NCBI RefSeq assembly: GCF_000022265.1
Contig: NC_011979.1
Location: forward strand, 2,760,001-2,792,000
From: Geotalea daltonii FRC-32
GTDB lineage: Bacteria; Desulfobacterota; Desulfuromonadia; Geobacterales; Geobacteraceae
Length of the DNA: 32,000 nucleotides
Direction: 5' to 3'
Shown here: positions 1-9,077 of the stretch, piece by piece
Layout: the number at the start of each line of letters is the position of its first letter
Position numbering within the stretch: position 1 is the first letter of the stretch
The notes under the pieces: model-generated
The model's database searches: none
Told to the model about the DNA's origin: nothing
What the model saw: only the letters and a program-made list of their open reading frames with translations
Position numbers and translations under genes: made by a program

Positions 1-322
1 CAACTTCGACACAGGTGTTGGCCCGCCAGGAACATGGGCTGACCGGCCTCAAGGTGATTTCATTAACTTATACCATCACTACACCAAAAATATGGTCAAC
101 TCAATGGGAAAATTAGAATGCAACTGAGTGGGCGGCAACAAGCGGACGGGGATTACTGCTGCGGGGCTATTGCTTCAGTTCAATGGCTTCCATCTCCGGA
201 CAACACAGGATGAGCTCTATCGCTTTACTGTGGCCAAGGCTGCTGGTAAGGCTGGTGCCAAGGAAGCGGAAGACTGGTTACGCTCTGGCGCTCATTTTCG
301 AAATATCTGCTCTTGTCCTTGA
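1..322 (+). pseudogene. Fic/Doc (death-on-curing) family toxin remnant; 5' end outside the window
   Basis: 128-322 translates to GGNKRTGITAAGLLLQFNGFHL..., the GNKRT core of the Doc/Fic HxFx(D/E)GNKR motif plus the following helix. The preceding in-frame codon is TGA (125-127), and the His-x-Phe part of the motif is not recoverable in any frame. Upstream Doc-like residues (..LARQEHG..) lie in a different frame. Confidence 0.4.
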
Positions 323-470
323 AATGCCCCGCCTAATTATCTGATGATAAAGGGTGCACATCAGGGTATAATTCCGCCATGAAGAATTTCGCTGTCTGTA
401 ATGTTGGGACACTCTGATAGAAATGGGGTAGGCTGGGGGAGCAGGCAACTTTTTTCTCCAACGACAGGTT

Positions 471-1532
471 ATGGCAAAACACATCAAGAGATCCATCAAG
501 AGCGGCCTCCCTCCGGGCACCCTCGTCCACATCGGCGCGAAGAGCGACCGGGAAATCAGGATCACCGTCATGGATTACCATGCCGGCGGTTGTGAGGAGA
601 AGGAGATCAAGGCGCTCAAGGAATGCGTCTACTACTCCGATACCTCTATTGTCAGCTGGATCGATGTGGAGGGGCTCCATGAAGTGGAGATCGTCCGCCA
701 GGTGGGGGATTGCCAGGGACTCCATCCGCTGGTCCTGGAGGATATCCTCAACACCAATCAGCGGCCCAAGGTGGAGGACTACGGTGACTATCTCTACATC
801 GTCCTGAAAATGCTGCACAATGGGGACGGAACGGGCATAGTCGCCGAGCAGGTGAGCCTCGTGCTCGGCAGCAATTTCGTCATTTCTTTCCAGGAGGGGA
901 TGAAAGGGGATGTGTTCAACCCCATCAGGGAGCGTCTCCGCAGCGGCAAGGGCAAAATCAGGGAAATGGGAGCGGATTATCTTGCTTATGCCCTGATGGA
1001 TGCCGTTGTCGATAATTACTTTGTTGTATTGGAGCGGGTAGGTGAGCGGATCGAGGAGCTGGAGGACGCCGTGATGGCTGACCCGCGCCCTGAGACGGTG
1101 CGGGAGATCCACCAGTTGAAGCGTGAAGTGATTCTGCTGCGCAAGGCGGTCTGGCCCCTCCGCGAGGTGATCAGCGCCCTGGAGCGCCGGGAATCGAAGC
1201 TGATCAGCGAGAAGGTGGTCGTCTATCTGCGAGACCTTTACGATCACACCATTCAGGTGATCGACAACATCGAAGCCAGCCGCGACATGCTGGCGGGCAT
1301 GCTCGATGTCTATCTCTCCAGCATCAGCAACCGCATGAATGAGGTCATGAAGTTCCTGACCATCATCGGTACTATCTTCATTCCCCTGACCTTCATCGCC
1401 GGGGTCTACGGCATGAACTTCCAGAACATGCCGGAACTGCACTGGCAGTGGGGCTACTTCGCCTGCCTGTTCCTGATGGCCCTGGTCGCGGTGTTTTTGC
1501 TTATCTATTTCAAGCGAAAGCGATGGTTGTAG
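471..1532 (+). CDS. corA: Magnesium/cobalt transporter CorA
   Basis: 353 aa. It has the signature YGMNFQNMPEL (GMN motif) followed by two C-terminal TM helices and a KRKRWL tail, with a typical CorA cytoplasmic domain. Confidence 0.95.
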   Translation: MAKHIKRSIKSGLPPGTLVHIGAKSDREIRITVMDYHAGGCEEKEIKALKECVYYSDTSIVSWIDVEGLHEVEIVRQVGDCQGLHPLVLEDILNTNQRPKVEDYGDYLYIVLKMLHNGDGTGIVAEQVSLVLGSNFVISFQEGMKGDVFNPIRERLRSGKGKIREMGADYLAYALMDAVVDNYFVVLERVGERIEELEDAVMADPRPETVREIHQLKREVILLRKAVWPLREVISALERRESKLISEKVVVYLRDLYDHTIQVIDNIEASRDMLAGMLDVYLSSISNRMNEVMKFLTIIGTIFIPLTFIAGVYGMNFQNMPELHWQWGYFACLFLMALVAVFLLIYFKRKRWL

Positions 1533-1704
1533 GTTACCTTCTTGCTAGCAGATGCTAGGATAGGGGGAAGCCCGCTTCTTGATGGCTCACATTGATTTGA
1601 CGCGGCTAATAATTGCGGTAAAGTAGTTACTGAATTCTGTTTCACTGATGTAATCCATAAATCCTTCTTAGGAGGGGGCAGAGAGATACGGTCCAACTAT
1701 GATG

Positions 1705-1750
1705 GCCGAGCTGCTGAAGGATAAGTTCCTTTCGGTTGCTCGGCTTTTTT
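1705..1750 (+). terminator. Possible intrinsic terminator downstream of corA
   Basis: GCCGAGC (1705-1711) pairs with GCTCGGC (1738-1744), with inner AAGGA/TCCTT pairing, followed by T6 (1745-1750). The loop is long, so the call is weak. Confidence 0.3.
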
Positions 1751-1815
1751 GTTTTCTATCATAGTAACCTTACAGCAAAGGAACCTCCTTTTTTGGGGTT
1801 GGTTTCTTCGTTGAA

Positions 1816-2656
1816 GTGTCATTCACCCAACCGTTTCCCCTTAACTCGCCCCTGATCGTGACGATTCCCCCACCAAAGGGTGCGTCTGGACCCGCCACAC
1901 CTACCGGGATAGTTTTCAACGGTACCAAGGATTTTGAAGTCGTCCCAGACAAACCGGCCACCTTCATCTTTGTTACCGAAGATGGGACAATCTCGGCCTG
2001 GAACCAGTCGGCGAACCAGAAAAATGCCATCCTCAAGGTGGATAACTCCAGTTCGGCAGTCTACAAGGGAGCAGCCACCGCCTTGAACGATGGCGAGCTT
2101 TTTCAATTTCAAGGGTGGAAGCATAGACGTCTTCGATAGCAACTTCAAGCCGGTGACGCTGGCCACGGACGCTTTCACCGACAACAAGATTCCTGCCGGA
2201 TTTGCCCCCTTCAACGTCATGAACATCAGCGGCAGGCTGTTCGTCACCTATGCCAAGCGGGATGCAGACAAGCACGATGATGTTGCCGGAGCGGGAAATG
2301 GCTTTGTCGACATCTTCGACCCCAACGGCACCTTGCTCCAGCGCCTGGAGACCGGCAAATGGTTGAATTCTCCCTGGGGCGTCGCCCTTGCCCCGGCGGA
2401 TTTCGGGAAATTCAGCAACAGACTCTTGATAGGGAACTTCGGGAGTGGCCAAATCGCCGCTTACAACGCTGAAACGGGAAAATTCCTCGACCTTCTGCAG
2501 ACAAGCGATGGCAAGGCACTGGCCATCGAGGGGCTCTGGGGGCTGGAATTCGGCAATGGCAAGGCTGCCGGGCCAATAAATACCCTCTTTTTCGCAGCCG
2601 GCTTCAACGGTGAAAAAGACGGTCTCTTCGGCACAATCACCCCGACCAGCAAGTAA
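1816..2656 (+). pseudogene. TIGR03118-family (beta-propeller) protein gene, 5'-truncated and frameshifted
   Basis: ORFs 1816-2139 and 2090-2656 are in different frames. Together they read QPFPLNSPLIVTIPPPKG..PTGIVFNGT..FIFVTEDGTISAWN..AVYKGAA..NDGELF / FNFKGGSIDVFDSNFKPV..PAGFAPFNV..DADKHDDVAGAGNGFVDIFD..LNSPWGVALAP..FGNG..NTLFFAAGFNGEKDGLFGTI, which matches the family consensus as I recall it. The frame switch falls at the T5 run 2099-2103. No signal peptide or N-terminal ~70 aa is present (in-frame stop at 1765-1767). Confidence 0.75.
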
Positions 2657-2678
2657 CAAGAGATAGCAACCGATGTAT

Positions 2679-2713
2679 GGCCACAACGGCTCGAAGATTC
2701 AGCCGTTGTGGCC
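2679..2713. repeat. Perfect 13-bp inverted repeat (hairpin) without a U-tract
   Basis: GGCCACAACGGCT (2679-2691) and AGCCGTTGTGGCC (2701-2713) with a 9-nt loop, 23 nt after the stop of the TIGR03118 remnant. Confidence 0.7.
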
Positions 2714-3018
2714 CCATCAGTCGGCCCCCTTCAGGGCATAAACTCTTTGTTAGCCCATTTCCATCAGCTTCAGCGCCACACTGGCGCTGGTACCCTCGTC
2801 CGGTCAGGCGCAGTACAGGATCAGCGTCTTTTACTGATAGTTCTTCGCCCAGAAATAGGGAAGTTTCCTGCATTTGCTCCTACCACGCCAGAAATTGTGG
2901 GCTCGCAAGTTGCACTCTTCTCGTTGGCCTAAACACCGGCCTAACCTGCGATAGTTGCATTTAGCAGGGATTCTGCTTGTTCTTTCACTTAAACCGGCTA
3001 GCATTAAGGAAACGACTA

Positions 3019-3390
3019 ATGACAAATATCGTCAATGATCATGAACAAAGGGGCAAAACCAGGTATACGGTTCGAGTTGCAATCTTTCGAGGGCCTGATG
3101 AAAAACGGCTTTTACAAGACTATTCTATAAATATGAGTATCGGAGGATTATATATTGAAACCTCCGATCTTCTCCCCGTTGATACGATACTCCATGTGGA
3201 ATTCAAGTTACCCGGCAAAGAATATCCAGTTGCGTGTAGAGCCAAGGTTGCTTGGACAAATGGGCCTGATTCACCTAAAAAAGCAGCTTTGCCAACTGGA
3301 ATGGGTATTCAGTTTCTCACCCTGACAATAGAGGATATGCATACCATTCGCGACTTCCTCACGCATTATGATTGCGTTCCGACATGGTAA
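3019..3390 (+). CDS. PilZ domain protein (putative c-di-GMP receptor)
   Basis: An RxxxR-like N-terminal segment (RGKTRYTVR) and D/NxSxGG (NMSIGGLYIE) are followed by a beta-barrel region ending GMGIQF. ATG 3019 is preceded by AAGGA (3006-3010). The ORF is open from TTG 2977. Confidence 0.8.
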   Translation: MTNIVNDHEQRGKTRYTVRVAIFRGPDEKRLLQDYSINMSIGGLYIETSDLLPVDTILHVEFKLPGKEYPVACRAKVAWTNGPDSPKKAALPTGMGIQFLTLTIEDMHTIRDFLTHYDCVPTW

Positions 3391-3409
3391 AAACCAGGTA
3401 GCCCCAGGG

Positions 3410-3445
3410 GTACATGAGTCGGCGGAGGTGTATGGCTCCGACGGC
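3410..3445. repeat. 36-nt dispersed repeat, copy 1 (imperfect hairpin), between convergent PilZ and ppc genes
   Basis: GTACATGAGTCGGCGGAGGtgtatGGCtCCGACGGC matches 9369-9404 at 32/36 positions. GTCGGCGGAG and CTCCGACGGC can pair. The element abuts the ppc stop codon (3447-3449). Confidence 0.7.
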
Positions 3446-3446
3446 G

Positions 3447-6242
3447 CTACCCCGTATTCCGCAGTCCGGCAGAGATACCGCTGATGGTGGCGGCAAGGAC
3501 GTAGTTCAGCTCCTCGCTCTCTTCCCCCGCCCTTTTCCGCCGTAGTAGTTCGATCTGGATCAGGCTGAGAGGATCCACATAAGGATTCCGCAGTCGAATG
3601 GAGCGCGCCAGGGGGGCGTTGTTCTCCAGCAGGTGCGACTGCCCGGTAATGGCCAGCAGCATGCGCCGGGTACGCTGATACTCTTCCACCACCAGATCGA
3701 ATACCCGTTGGCGTAGCTCCATATCGGTCACCAGAGTCGAGTAGCAGCGAGCCAGGGGCAGATCGACCTTGGTCAGGGCAAGTTCCACGTTTCTGAGCAG
3801 ATCGATAAAGAAAGGAAACCGGCCCATCATGGCCTGCAGTTGCCCCATCGCTCCAGGTTGTCGGGCCGCAAAGCGCTCCAGGGCATACCCGACACCAAAC
3901 CAGCCCGGGATCACATGACGGCTTTGCATCCAACCGAAGCCCCAGGGAATGGCCCGCAGGTCTGACAGATCACGGGTTACTCCCCGGCGCGCCGGACGTG
4001 ATCCGATTTTCGCCAGTTCAAACTCCAGTACCGGTGTCGCCTGTTCGAAATAAGGGAAAATATCGGGATTCTCGGCAATATGCTTGCGATAGAAGGCAAA
4101 GGCATCGGACGAAAGCGTTTCCATGGTCTGCGCCCATTTCGGGCTTGCCTGTTCCTCCTGCATCCCGGTGAGCGCCAGTGCCTCCAGGGATGCGGCGACC
4201 ATTACCTCCAGGTTCCGTTGTGCCAGAGAGGCATCCGAATACTTCCAGTTGATGACTTCGCCCTGTTCGGTAATCTTCAGCGACCCGGTAAAGGCGCCGG
4301 CCGGCTGAGCCACAATGGCCCGGTGGGTGGGCCCTCCCCCTCTGCCGACCGTCCCCCCCCGGCCATGAAAAAGCACCAGTCGCACCCCGCACTCGGCGGC
4401 CACCCGGTGCAACTCCCGATGCGTCTTATGGATCTCCCAGGCGCTGGTTAGCATGCCGCCATCCTTGTTGGAGTCGGAATAGCCAAGCATCACTTCCTGT
4501 CGGCGTCCCCACGAATCGAGATACGGTTTATAGTCGTCCGAGCTCCAGAGAATGCGACAGATGTGCGGAGCCTGGCGCAGGTCCTCGATGGATTCGAACA
4601 GCGGCACCGGCATCAGCCCCGGATCGCCACTGTTATCGGCCGCCACGCGCACCCCGCAAAGCTCCAGCAGCCACACCAGCGCAAGGCTGTCCTGGACGCA
4701 GCTGGCGCCGCTGATCACGTAACGCTGGATAGCCTGCGGGGGATAGCTTCGCTTCAGACCGGCGATGGCCCGCAAGGTGTCGAGGAGTTCAGTGGTGGCG
4801 GCCGAAGGTGCTGGCGGCAGTGCGGCTGACGTAACTGTGCCTGTCGTGGCGCCGGCAGCCAGTTCCTTTACTGCTGTGGCGTGAACCTTGGCATGTTGGC
4901 GGATATCCAGGCTGTGTAAATGAAAACCAAAAGTATCGATGCGTCGCAGCAGCGGATCCACCAGGGAACGGGCCAAGCGTTCCCCGCCACCGGCTGCCAG
5001 GCTTGCCCTGATCAGGTGCAGATCGGTGCTGAATTCAACGGCAGCGACATAGGCATCGGCATGCTCCGGCTCCCGCAGTGTACGGCGCAGCCGATACAGG
5101 ATACAGTCTGCGAACCTCCGGTATTGTTCGCACTCCGGGATGGCGCTTTTCTGTAATTCGGCAAAGTTCAGGGTGGCGTGATAGTTTGTGACTGCCGCCG
5201 CCAGCTGCGGGGAGACGGGCACCCGGCAGGTGGAAGAAGTGAGCAGTCGGCGAAGCTCCTCCAGAGTGGTAGTGTACTCACCCAAAATGGCTTCGCGACC
5301 CTTTTGCAGAGCGGCACGGGTGGAATCGGCGGTTACATATGGATTACCGTCCCGGTCGCCGCCGATCCAGGAACCAAAGTGGACCACTGTCGGCAATTCA
5401 CTCTGGGAGATGCTAAGGCCGTAGATTTCCTGGATGGCCGCCGCCATGTCCTCGTACAGAGCAGGAAGAGGTGTGATCAGCGAGTCGGGATAATGGTCCA
5501 ACCCCATCTTGATCTCGTCCAGAACCGTTGGTTTGCGTCGTCGCACCTCGTCGGTCTGCCAGAGGGCGGATACTTCGGCCAGCATGGCATTCTGCCCCTG
5601 CAGGGCCTTAGCATAAGTCAAAGGGAGGGTATCGAGCGCCTCCAGGTCCTGGGCGATGCGGCGGCGCTTGAAATGGACCACACGCCGCGCCACATCGGTG
5701 GGATGTGCGGTAAAAACCGGCACCACATCCACCATGCGAAGCCATTGCAGCGCCTGCTCGACGCTGATGCCGCTCTGCCGCATTCGGAGCAGGGTGCCGC
5801 GCAGCGAGCCCGGTTTATCCGGCGCTGTGCTTATCAGTCGGGACGCACGCTGCCGTCGTTTGCGGTGATTGGTTTCCGCCAGGTTGGTCAACTCGAAATA
5901 GGTGGAAAAGGCCTTGACGATCTGGTAGGCCTCGGCAACAGTCATCCTGCCGATGATGCTTTCCGCCTTTTCCTGCAGTTCCCGCTCGCCGGGTAAGTCG
6001 AGACAAGCCGTTGCCTGATTGTCATGCAGCTGACGATGCTGAATCGCCAAGTGGCGCAGTTCTTCCTCGGCAATAAAAGCTTGTTCTCCGGCCTGCTCCC
6101 GGATCACCATTCCAAGCAGCATTCCGAGAGAGCGGACATCCCGCCGCAGGGGGATTTCCTTCAGATCTCCCTCCCGGCTGATCAGCTCTGCCAATCGGGC
6201 AGCCTGATCCTCAACTTGCCAAAACAATTCCATTACCGCCAT
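3447..6242 (-). CDS. ppc: Phosphoenolpyruvate carboxylase
   Basis: 931 aa. It carries VMLGYSDSNKDGG, FHGRGGTVGRGGGP and TAHPT motifs, and the C-terminus ends in NTG. Confidence 0.97.
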   Translation of the reverse strand: MAVMELFWQVEDQAARLAELISREGDLKEIPLRRDVRSLGMLLGMVIREQAGEQAFIAEEELRHLAIQHRQLHDNQATACLDLPGERELQEKAESIIGRMTVAEAYQIVKAFSTYFELTNLAETNHRKRRQRASRLISTAPDKPGSLRGTLLRMRQSGISVEQALQWLRMVDVVPVFTAHPTDVARRVVHFKRRRIAQDLEALDTLPLTYAKALQGQNAMLAEVSALWQTDEVRRRKPTVLDEIKMGLDHYPDSLITPLPALYEDMAAAIQEIYGLSISQSELPTVVHFGSWIGGDRDGNPYVTADSTRAALQKGREAILGEYTTTLEELRRLLTSSTCRVPVSPQLAAAVTNYHATLNFAELQKSAIPECEQYRRFADCILYRLRRTLREPEHADAYVAAVEFSTDLHLIRASLAAGGGERLARSLVDPLLRRIDTFGFHLHSLDIRQHAKVHATAVKELAAGATTGTVTSAALPPAPSAATTELLDTLRAIAGLKRSYPPQAIQRYVISGASCVQDSLALVWLLELCGVRVAADNSGDPGLMPVPLFESIEDLRQAPHICRILWSSDDYKPYLDSWGRRQEVMLGYSDSNKDGGMLTSAWEIHKTHRELHRVAAECGVRLVLFHGRGGTVGRGGGPTHRAIVAQPAGAFTGSLKITEQGEVINWKYSDASLAQRNLEVMVAASLEALALTGMQEEQASPKWAQTMETLSSDAFAFYRKHIAENPDIFPYFEQATPVLEFELAKIGSRPARRGVTRDLSDLRAIPWGFGWMQSRHVIPGWFGVGYALERFAARQPGAMGQLQAMMGRFPFFIDLLRNVELALTKVDLPLARCYSTLVTDMELRQRVFDLVVEEYQRTRRMLLAITGQSHLLENNAPLARSIRLRNPYVDPLSLIQIELLRRKRAGEESEELNYVLAATISGISAGLRNTG

Positions 6243-6324
6243 AACGTGCTCCCTTGTTCCTGGCGACCGGCAGAAAACGATCTGTCCATAGGTTAGAGGC
6301 TATTCTACTTCTGCGGTGGCACCG

Positions 6325-7350
6325 TCAAAGCTTCAGGACAACGCGCCCACTCACCTGGCCGCGCTTCAGCCGGTCAAACACCTCATTGACAGCTTCCAGT
6401 GCCTGTGTCTCGATGACGGCTTTGACTTTGCCTTCGGCGGCAAACTGCAAGCATTCCTGCAGATCTTTACGTGTCCCCACGATCGAGCCGCGAACGGTAA
6501 TCCCTTTCAGCACGATGTCGAAGATCGGCATGGGAAACTCCCCCGGAGGGAGACCGACCAGCGTGCATGTACCGCCACGCCGCAGCATGTCCAGTGACTG
6601 CCGGAAGATCCTGGGTGAAACTGCGGTGACCAGGACACCATGTGCCCCGCCGACCTGCTTCTGAATCATTGTGGCAGCATCCGTCTTTTCCGCATTGACT
6701 ATCAGTTCAGCGCCGAGGCTCCTTGCCAGCTCCAGCTTCTCCTCGGAAATATCGACAGCCGCCACATGCAGTCCCATTGCTTTTGCATACTGGACCGCCA
6801 TGTGTCCCAATCCGCCGATACCGACTATGGCCACCCAATCACCGGCCTTGGTGTCGGTCTGCTTGAGCCCCTTGTATGTGGTCACGCCGGCACACAGGAT
6901 CGGGGCAGCTTCTGTGAAATCCAGACCGTCGGGTATGCGTGCCACATAGGCTGCGGGTGCCAACACGTATTCCGCATAGGCGCCATCGACCGAGTAACCG
7001 GTGTTGTCTTGCTGCTGACAGAGTGTTTCCCAGCCCGTCAGGCAGTAATCACAATGTCCGCAGGCGCTGTGCAACCAGGCAACGCCAACGCGGTCTCCCT
7101 CTTTCAGAACCGTTACCCCCGGTCCTACGGCGGCAACATACCCGGCGCCTTCATGACCCGGAATAAACGGCAATTTGGGCTTCACGGGCCAATCCCCATC
7201 GGCGGCATGGAGGTCGGTGTGACATACCCCACTGGCCATAACCCTCACCAGGACCTGTCCCAGTCCGGGCCGGGGAACCGATACGTTTTGAATGCTCAAG
7301 CGCTTCCCGAATTCATGGACAACGGCAGCCTTCATGGTTTCAGGTAACAT
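6325..7350 (-). CDS. Zinc-dependent alcohol dehydrogenase (AdhP-like, MDR family)
   Basis: 341 aa. It has [16 protein letters not shown], the structural-zinc segment [15 protein letters not shown], and the Rossmann motif GIGGLGH. Confidence 0.93.
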   Translation of the reverse strand: MLPETMKAAVVHEFGKRLSIQNVSVPRPGLGQVLVRVMASGVCHTDLHAADGDWPVKPKLPFIPGHEGAGYVAAVGPGVTVLKEGDRVGVAWLHSACGHCDYCLTGWETLCQQQDNTGYSVDGAYAEYVLAPAAYVARIPDGLDFTEAAPILCAGVTTYKGLKQTDTKAGDWVAIVGIGGLGHMAVQYAKAMGLHVAAVDISEEKLELARSLGAELIVNAEKTDAATMIQKQVGGAHGVLVTAVSPRIFRQSLDMLRRGGTCTLVGLPPGEFPMPIFDIVLKGITVRGSIVGTRKDLQECLQFAAEGKVKAVIETQALEAVNEVFDRLKRGQVSGRVVLKL

Positions 7351-7473
7351 TGCTCTCTCCTCCGATAGTTGGCTCGGCTGGACAAGCTTGTAAACGGTAC
7401 ATCCGCCGCTGGTTTATTCAATTATAGCCGGTAATGGATTTCTATCCAGAGAAGCGGAGGGGGCGCTGCAGGA

Positions 7474-7523
7474 GCAGTCAGTGGTGGCGCGGTTGGAATC
7501 TGGTCATCCCCTGCCAAGTCTCC
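7474..7523 (+). pseudogene. Relic fragment of an XRE-family antitoxin gene (left copy of a 50-bp direct repeat)
   Basis: It matches 9245-9294 at 45/50 positions, and the first 27 nt are identical. It reads QSVVARLESGHPLPSLQ* in the frame corresponding to the intact antitoxin. No start codon or HTH N-terminal half lies upstream. Confidence 0.7.
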
Positions 7524-7643
7524 AGTAGGACCCAGCATGCTTTCGGGTTCCCGGTCATCCCGAAAACTGTTGACCTTCTAAGGAGTGGGGAGTATTTAAT
7601 AAGGACTTAATGATGTAGGGGTGTGATGATGGTTGCATGAGAT

Positions 7644-7679
7644 GAAAAGCCGTTTCCATTGATAAGGAAGCGGCTTTTC
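7644..7679 (+). other. 14-bp stem hairpin immediately upstream of the RBS of the 7693 gene
   Basis: GAAAAGCCGTTTCC (7644-7657) pairs with GGAAGCGGCTTTTC (7666-7679), with one G-U pair and an 8-nt loop. GGGAGGG and ATG 7693 follow within 14 nt. Confidence 0.6.
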
Positions 7680-7692
7680 ACTTTCGGGAGGG

Positions 7693-8949
7693 ATGATGGC
7701 GGCAAATCTCAAGGAACTGGTCCAGCGCTACAAGGCGGACCCGGAGTCGGTCTATAACACCTGGTTTATCGATAACGAGGCACGGATGAAGGCGTTTCGG
7801 TCCATCCGGCGCGGCGTGACGGAGGTGATTGAGGCTATTAAAGCCGGAACATTCGGCAATGATTTCAAAGGCTCACCATTGGAGTTCGTCCTCACCTGCA
7901 TCACCGAGCAAAAGCAGGTCTTCGAGGGGGCCGCGCACCCGTTCTATTGGAAACCAAAACTGCGCATTCCCGACATCTACGAGAACGAGGAGAACAAGGC
8001 CGCCTTCGGCCGCTTCCTGGAAAGCTGCCTGTCCTGCTCCACTGCCGATCGCATCATCCGCGAAATCCTCACCCTCGACGACTGCCGCATCAAGGGACTC
8101 GGCCCCGCCGTCGCCAACATCCTCTACTTTCTCCATCCGACCCACATGCCCCCCTTTAACACAGCCATGCTTAATGGCTTTAATACCCTCTTTGCCGACA
8201 AGAAACCCCTCGGCTCCTGGACTGCCTATCTGGAGATGCGCGAGGCGATTATTCACGCCAATGAAGAACTGCAGCCTGCGCTCTCGAAGGACCTGGGGGC
8301 GATCTCCGGGTTGCTCTTTGATGTGGGGGTAGGCAAGATCGCCTTGGCAGGTAATTTCCAGACGGCGCTGGAGTTTGACCGGGCAAAGCTTGAGAAGGCG
8401 CTAAAGAAGCGACATGACGATGTGCGCAAGGCCCAGGAAGAGGAAAATTCCCATCTGGAGATGCAGTTTACCCTGACACGAATGGGGCGTGACCTTGGTT
8501 ATGACGTGTGGGTGGCCGCCAACGACCGGACCCGCAGCTTGGCAGGCATTAGCCTGCAGTCGCTGACCCTGCCGGAGCTGCCGCTGCTGGAGATGGCGTC
8601 CGAGACCCTCAAGACGGTATCCCTGATCGACGTCATCTGGATAAACCGACTGAGCCGCCAGATCGAGTGTGCCTTCGAGATCGAGAAGAGCACTTCCATT
8701 TACTCAGGAATGCTGCGGCTGCTCGATCTGGCCTCGTCCTTGGGGGACCGGAAGTACGACTTCTTCCTCGTCGCGCCGGATAACCGGGAAAAGGAGATCC
8801 TTGCCCAACTGCAACGGCCTGCCTTTCGTAATCTCGGGAGTGTGGCGTTCCGGTATCTGCTCTTTTCTGATGTTTCCTGTAACTGTGAGGCGATGGGAAG
8901 GTTTGGGGATGATTGGCGGGTTTTGTTGAAGGTGGCGCGGGGGGAATAA
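7693..8949 (+). CDS. Hypothetical protein with a C-terminal PD-(D/E)xK restriction-endonuclease-like domain and an N-terminal HhH-like region
   Basis: 418 aa. The C-terminal part reads E(MQF)..GYDVWVAAND..IDVIW..x12..AFEIEKST..YSGMLRLLDL, a D...ExK arrangement. The N-terminal part contains IKGLGPAVANILYFLHP, resembling helix-hairpin-helix segments of OGG-fold/DNA-binding proteins. No methyltransferase gene is adjacent. Confidence 0.6.
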   Translation: MMAANLKELVQRYKADPESVYNTWFIDNEARMKAFRSIRRGVTEVIEAIKAGTFGNDFKGSPLEFVLTCITEQKQVFEGAAHPFYWKPKLRIPDIYENEENKAAFGRFLESCLSCSTADRIIREILTLDDCRIKGLGPAVANILYFLHPTHMPPFNTAMLNGFNTLFADKKPLGSWTAYLEMREAIIHANEELQPALSKDLGAISGLLFDVGVGKIALAGNFQTALEFDRAKLEKALKKRHDDVRKAQEEENSHLEMQFTLTRMGRDLGYDVWVAANDRTRSLAGISLQSLTLPELPLLEMASETLKTVSLIDVIWINRLSRQIECAFEIEKSTSIYSGMLRLLDLASSLGDRKYDFFLVAPDNREKEILAQLQRPAFRNLGSVAFRYLLFSDVSCNCEAMGRFGDDWRVLLKVARGE

Positions 8950-8961
8950 CCGGAGTTGTAT

Positions 8962-8981
8962 TTATAGCAAAAAAGCTATAA
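8962..8981. promoter_or_regulatory. Palindrome upstream of the toxin stub/antitoxin pair (possible TA operator)
   Basis: TTATAGC-aaaaaa-GCTATAA has 7-bp arms and lies 14 nt upstream of ATG 8995, with GAGGTG as the RBS. Confidence 0.35.
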
Positions 8982-8994
8982 GATTGAGGTGCCG

Positions 8995-9075
8995 ATGAAA
9001 TGGTACGTTGAATTTTTGAATGGTGAAGTCGAGAGCGAGTTTCTCTCTCTTCCGAAGGACATGCAGGCGCGGTGA
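8995..9075 (+). pseudogene. HigB/Gp49-like (RelE superfamily) toxin stub, 26 codons
   Basis: MKWYVEFLNGEVESEFLSLPKDMQAR* matches the N-terminus typical of Gp49/DUF891 toxins (MKW.VEFL....E...LP.DM.AR), which are normally ~100-110 aa. The reading frame stops at 9073-9075, 2 nt before the antitoxin ATG. Confidence 0.65.
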
Positions 9076-9077
9076 AC

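Noticed and set aside
323-470. Possible corA promoter (TATAAT at 367-372) or Mg-sensing leader
   Set aside because: The -10 hexamer is perfect, but no acceptable -35 lies at 16-18 nt spacing, and I saw no M-box-like structure. The evidence is too weak to list.
333-1442. 369-aa ORF antisense to corA
   Set aside because: It is a shadow ORF on the opposite strand of a clearly identified gene in high-GC DNA. It has no recognisable motifs and a low-complexity, Asp/His/Leu-rich composition.
2637-3025. Overlapping ORFs 2637-2873 (-), 2677-2964 (+), 2708-2932 (+) and 2831-3025 (-) in the gap between the TIGR03118 remnant and the PilZ gene
   Set aside because: They are mutually overlapping, have no RBS and no recognisable similarity. 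The region is more likely non-coding or highly degraded. I could not support a mobile-element remnant either.
5178-5996. 272-aa ORF antisense to ppc, plus other small ORFs inside 3447-6242
   Set aside because: It lies entirely inside the ppc coding region on the opposite strand and is Arg/Gly/Gln-rich, typical of antisense translation of GC-rich genes.
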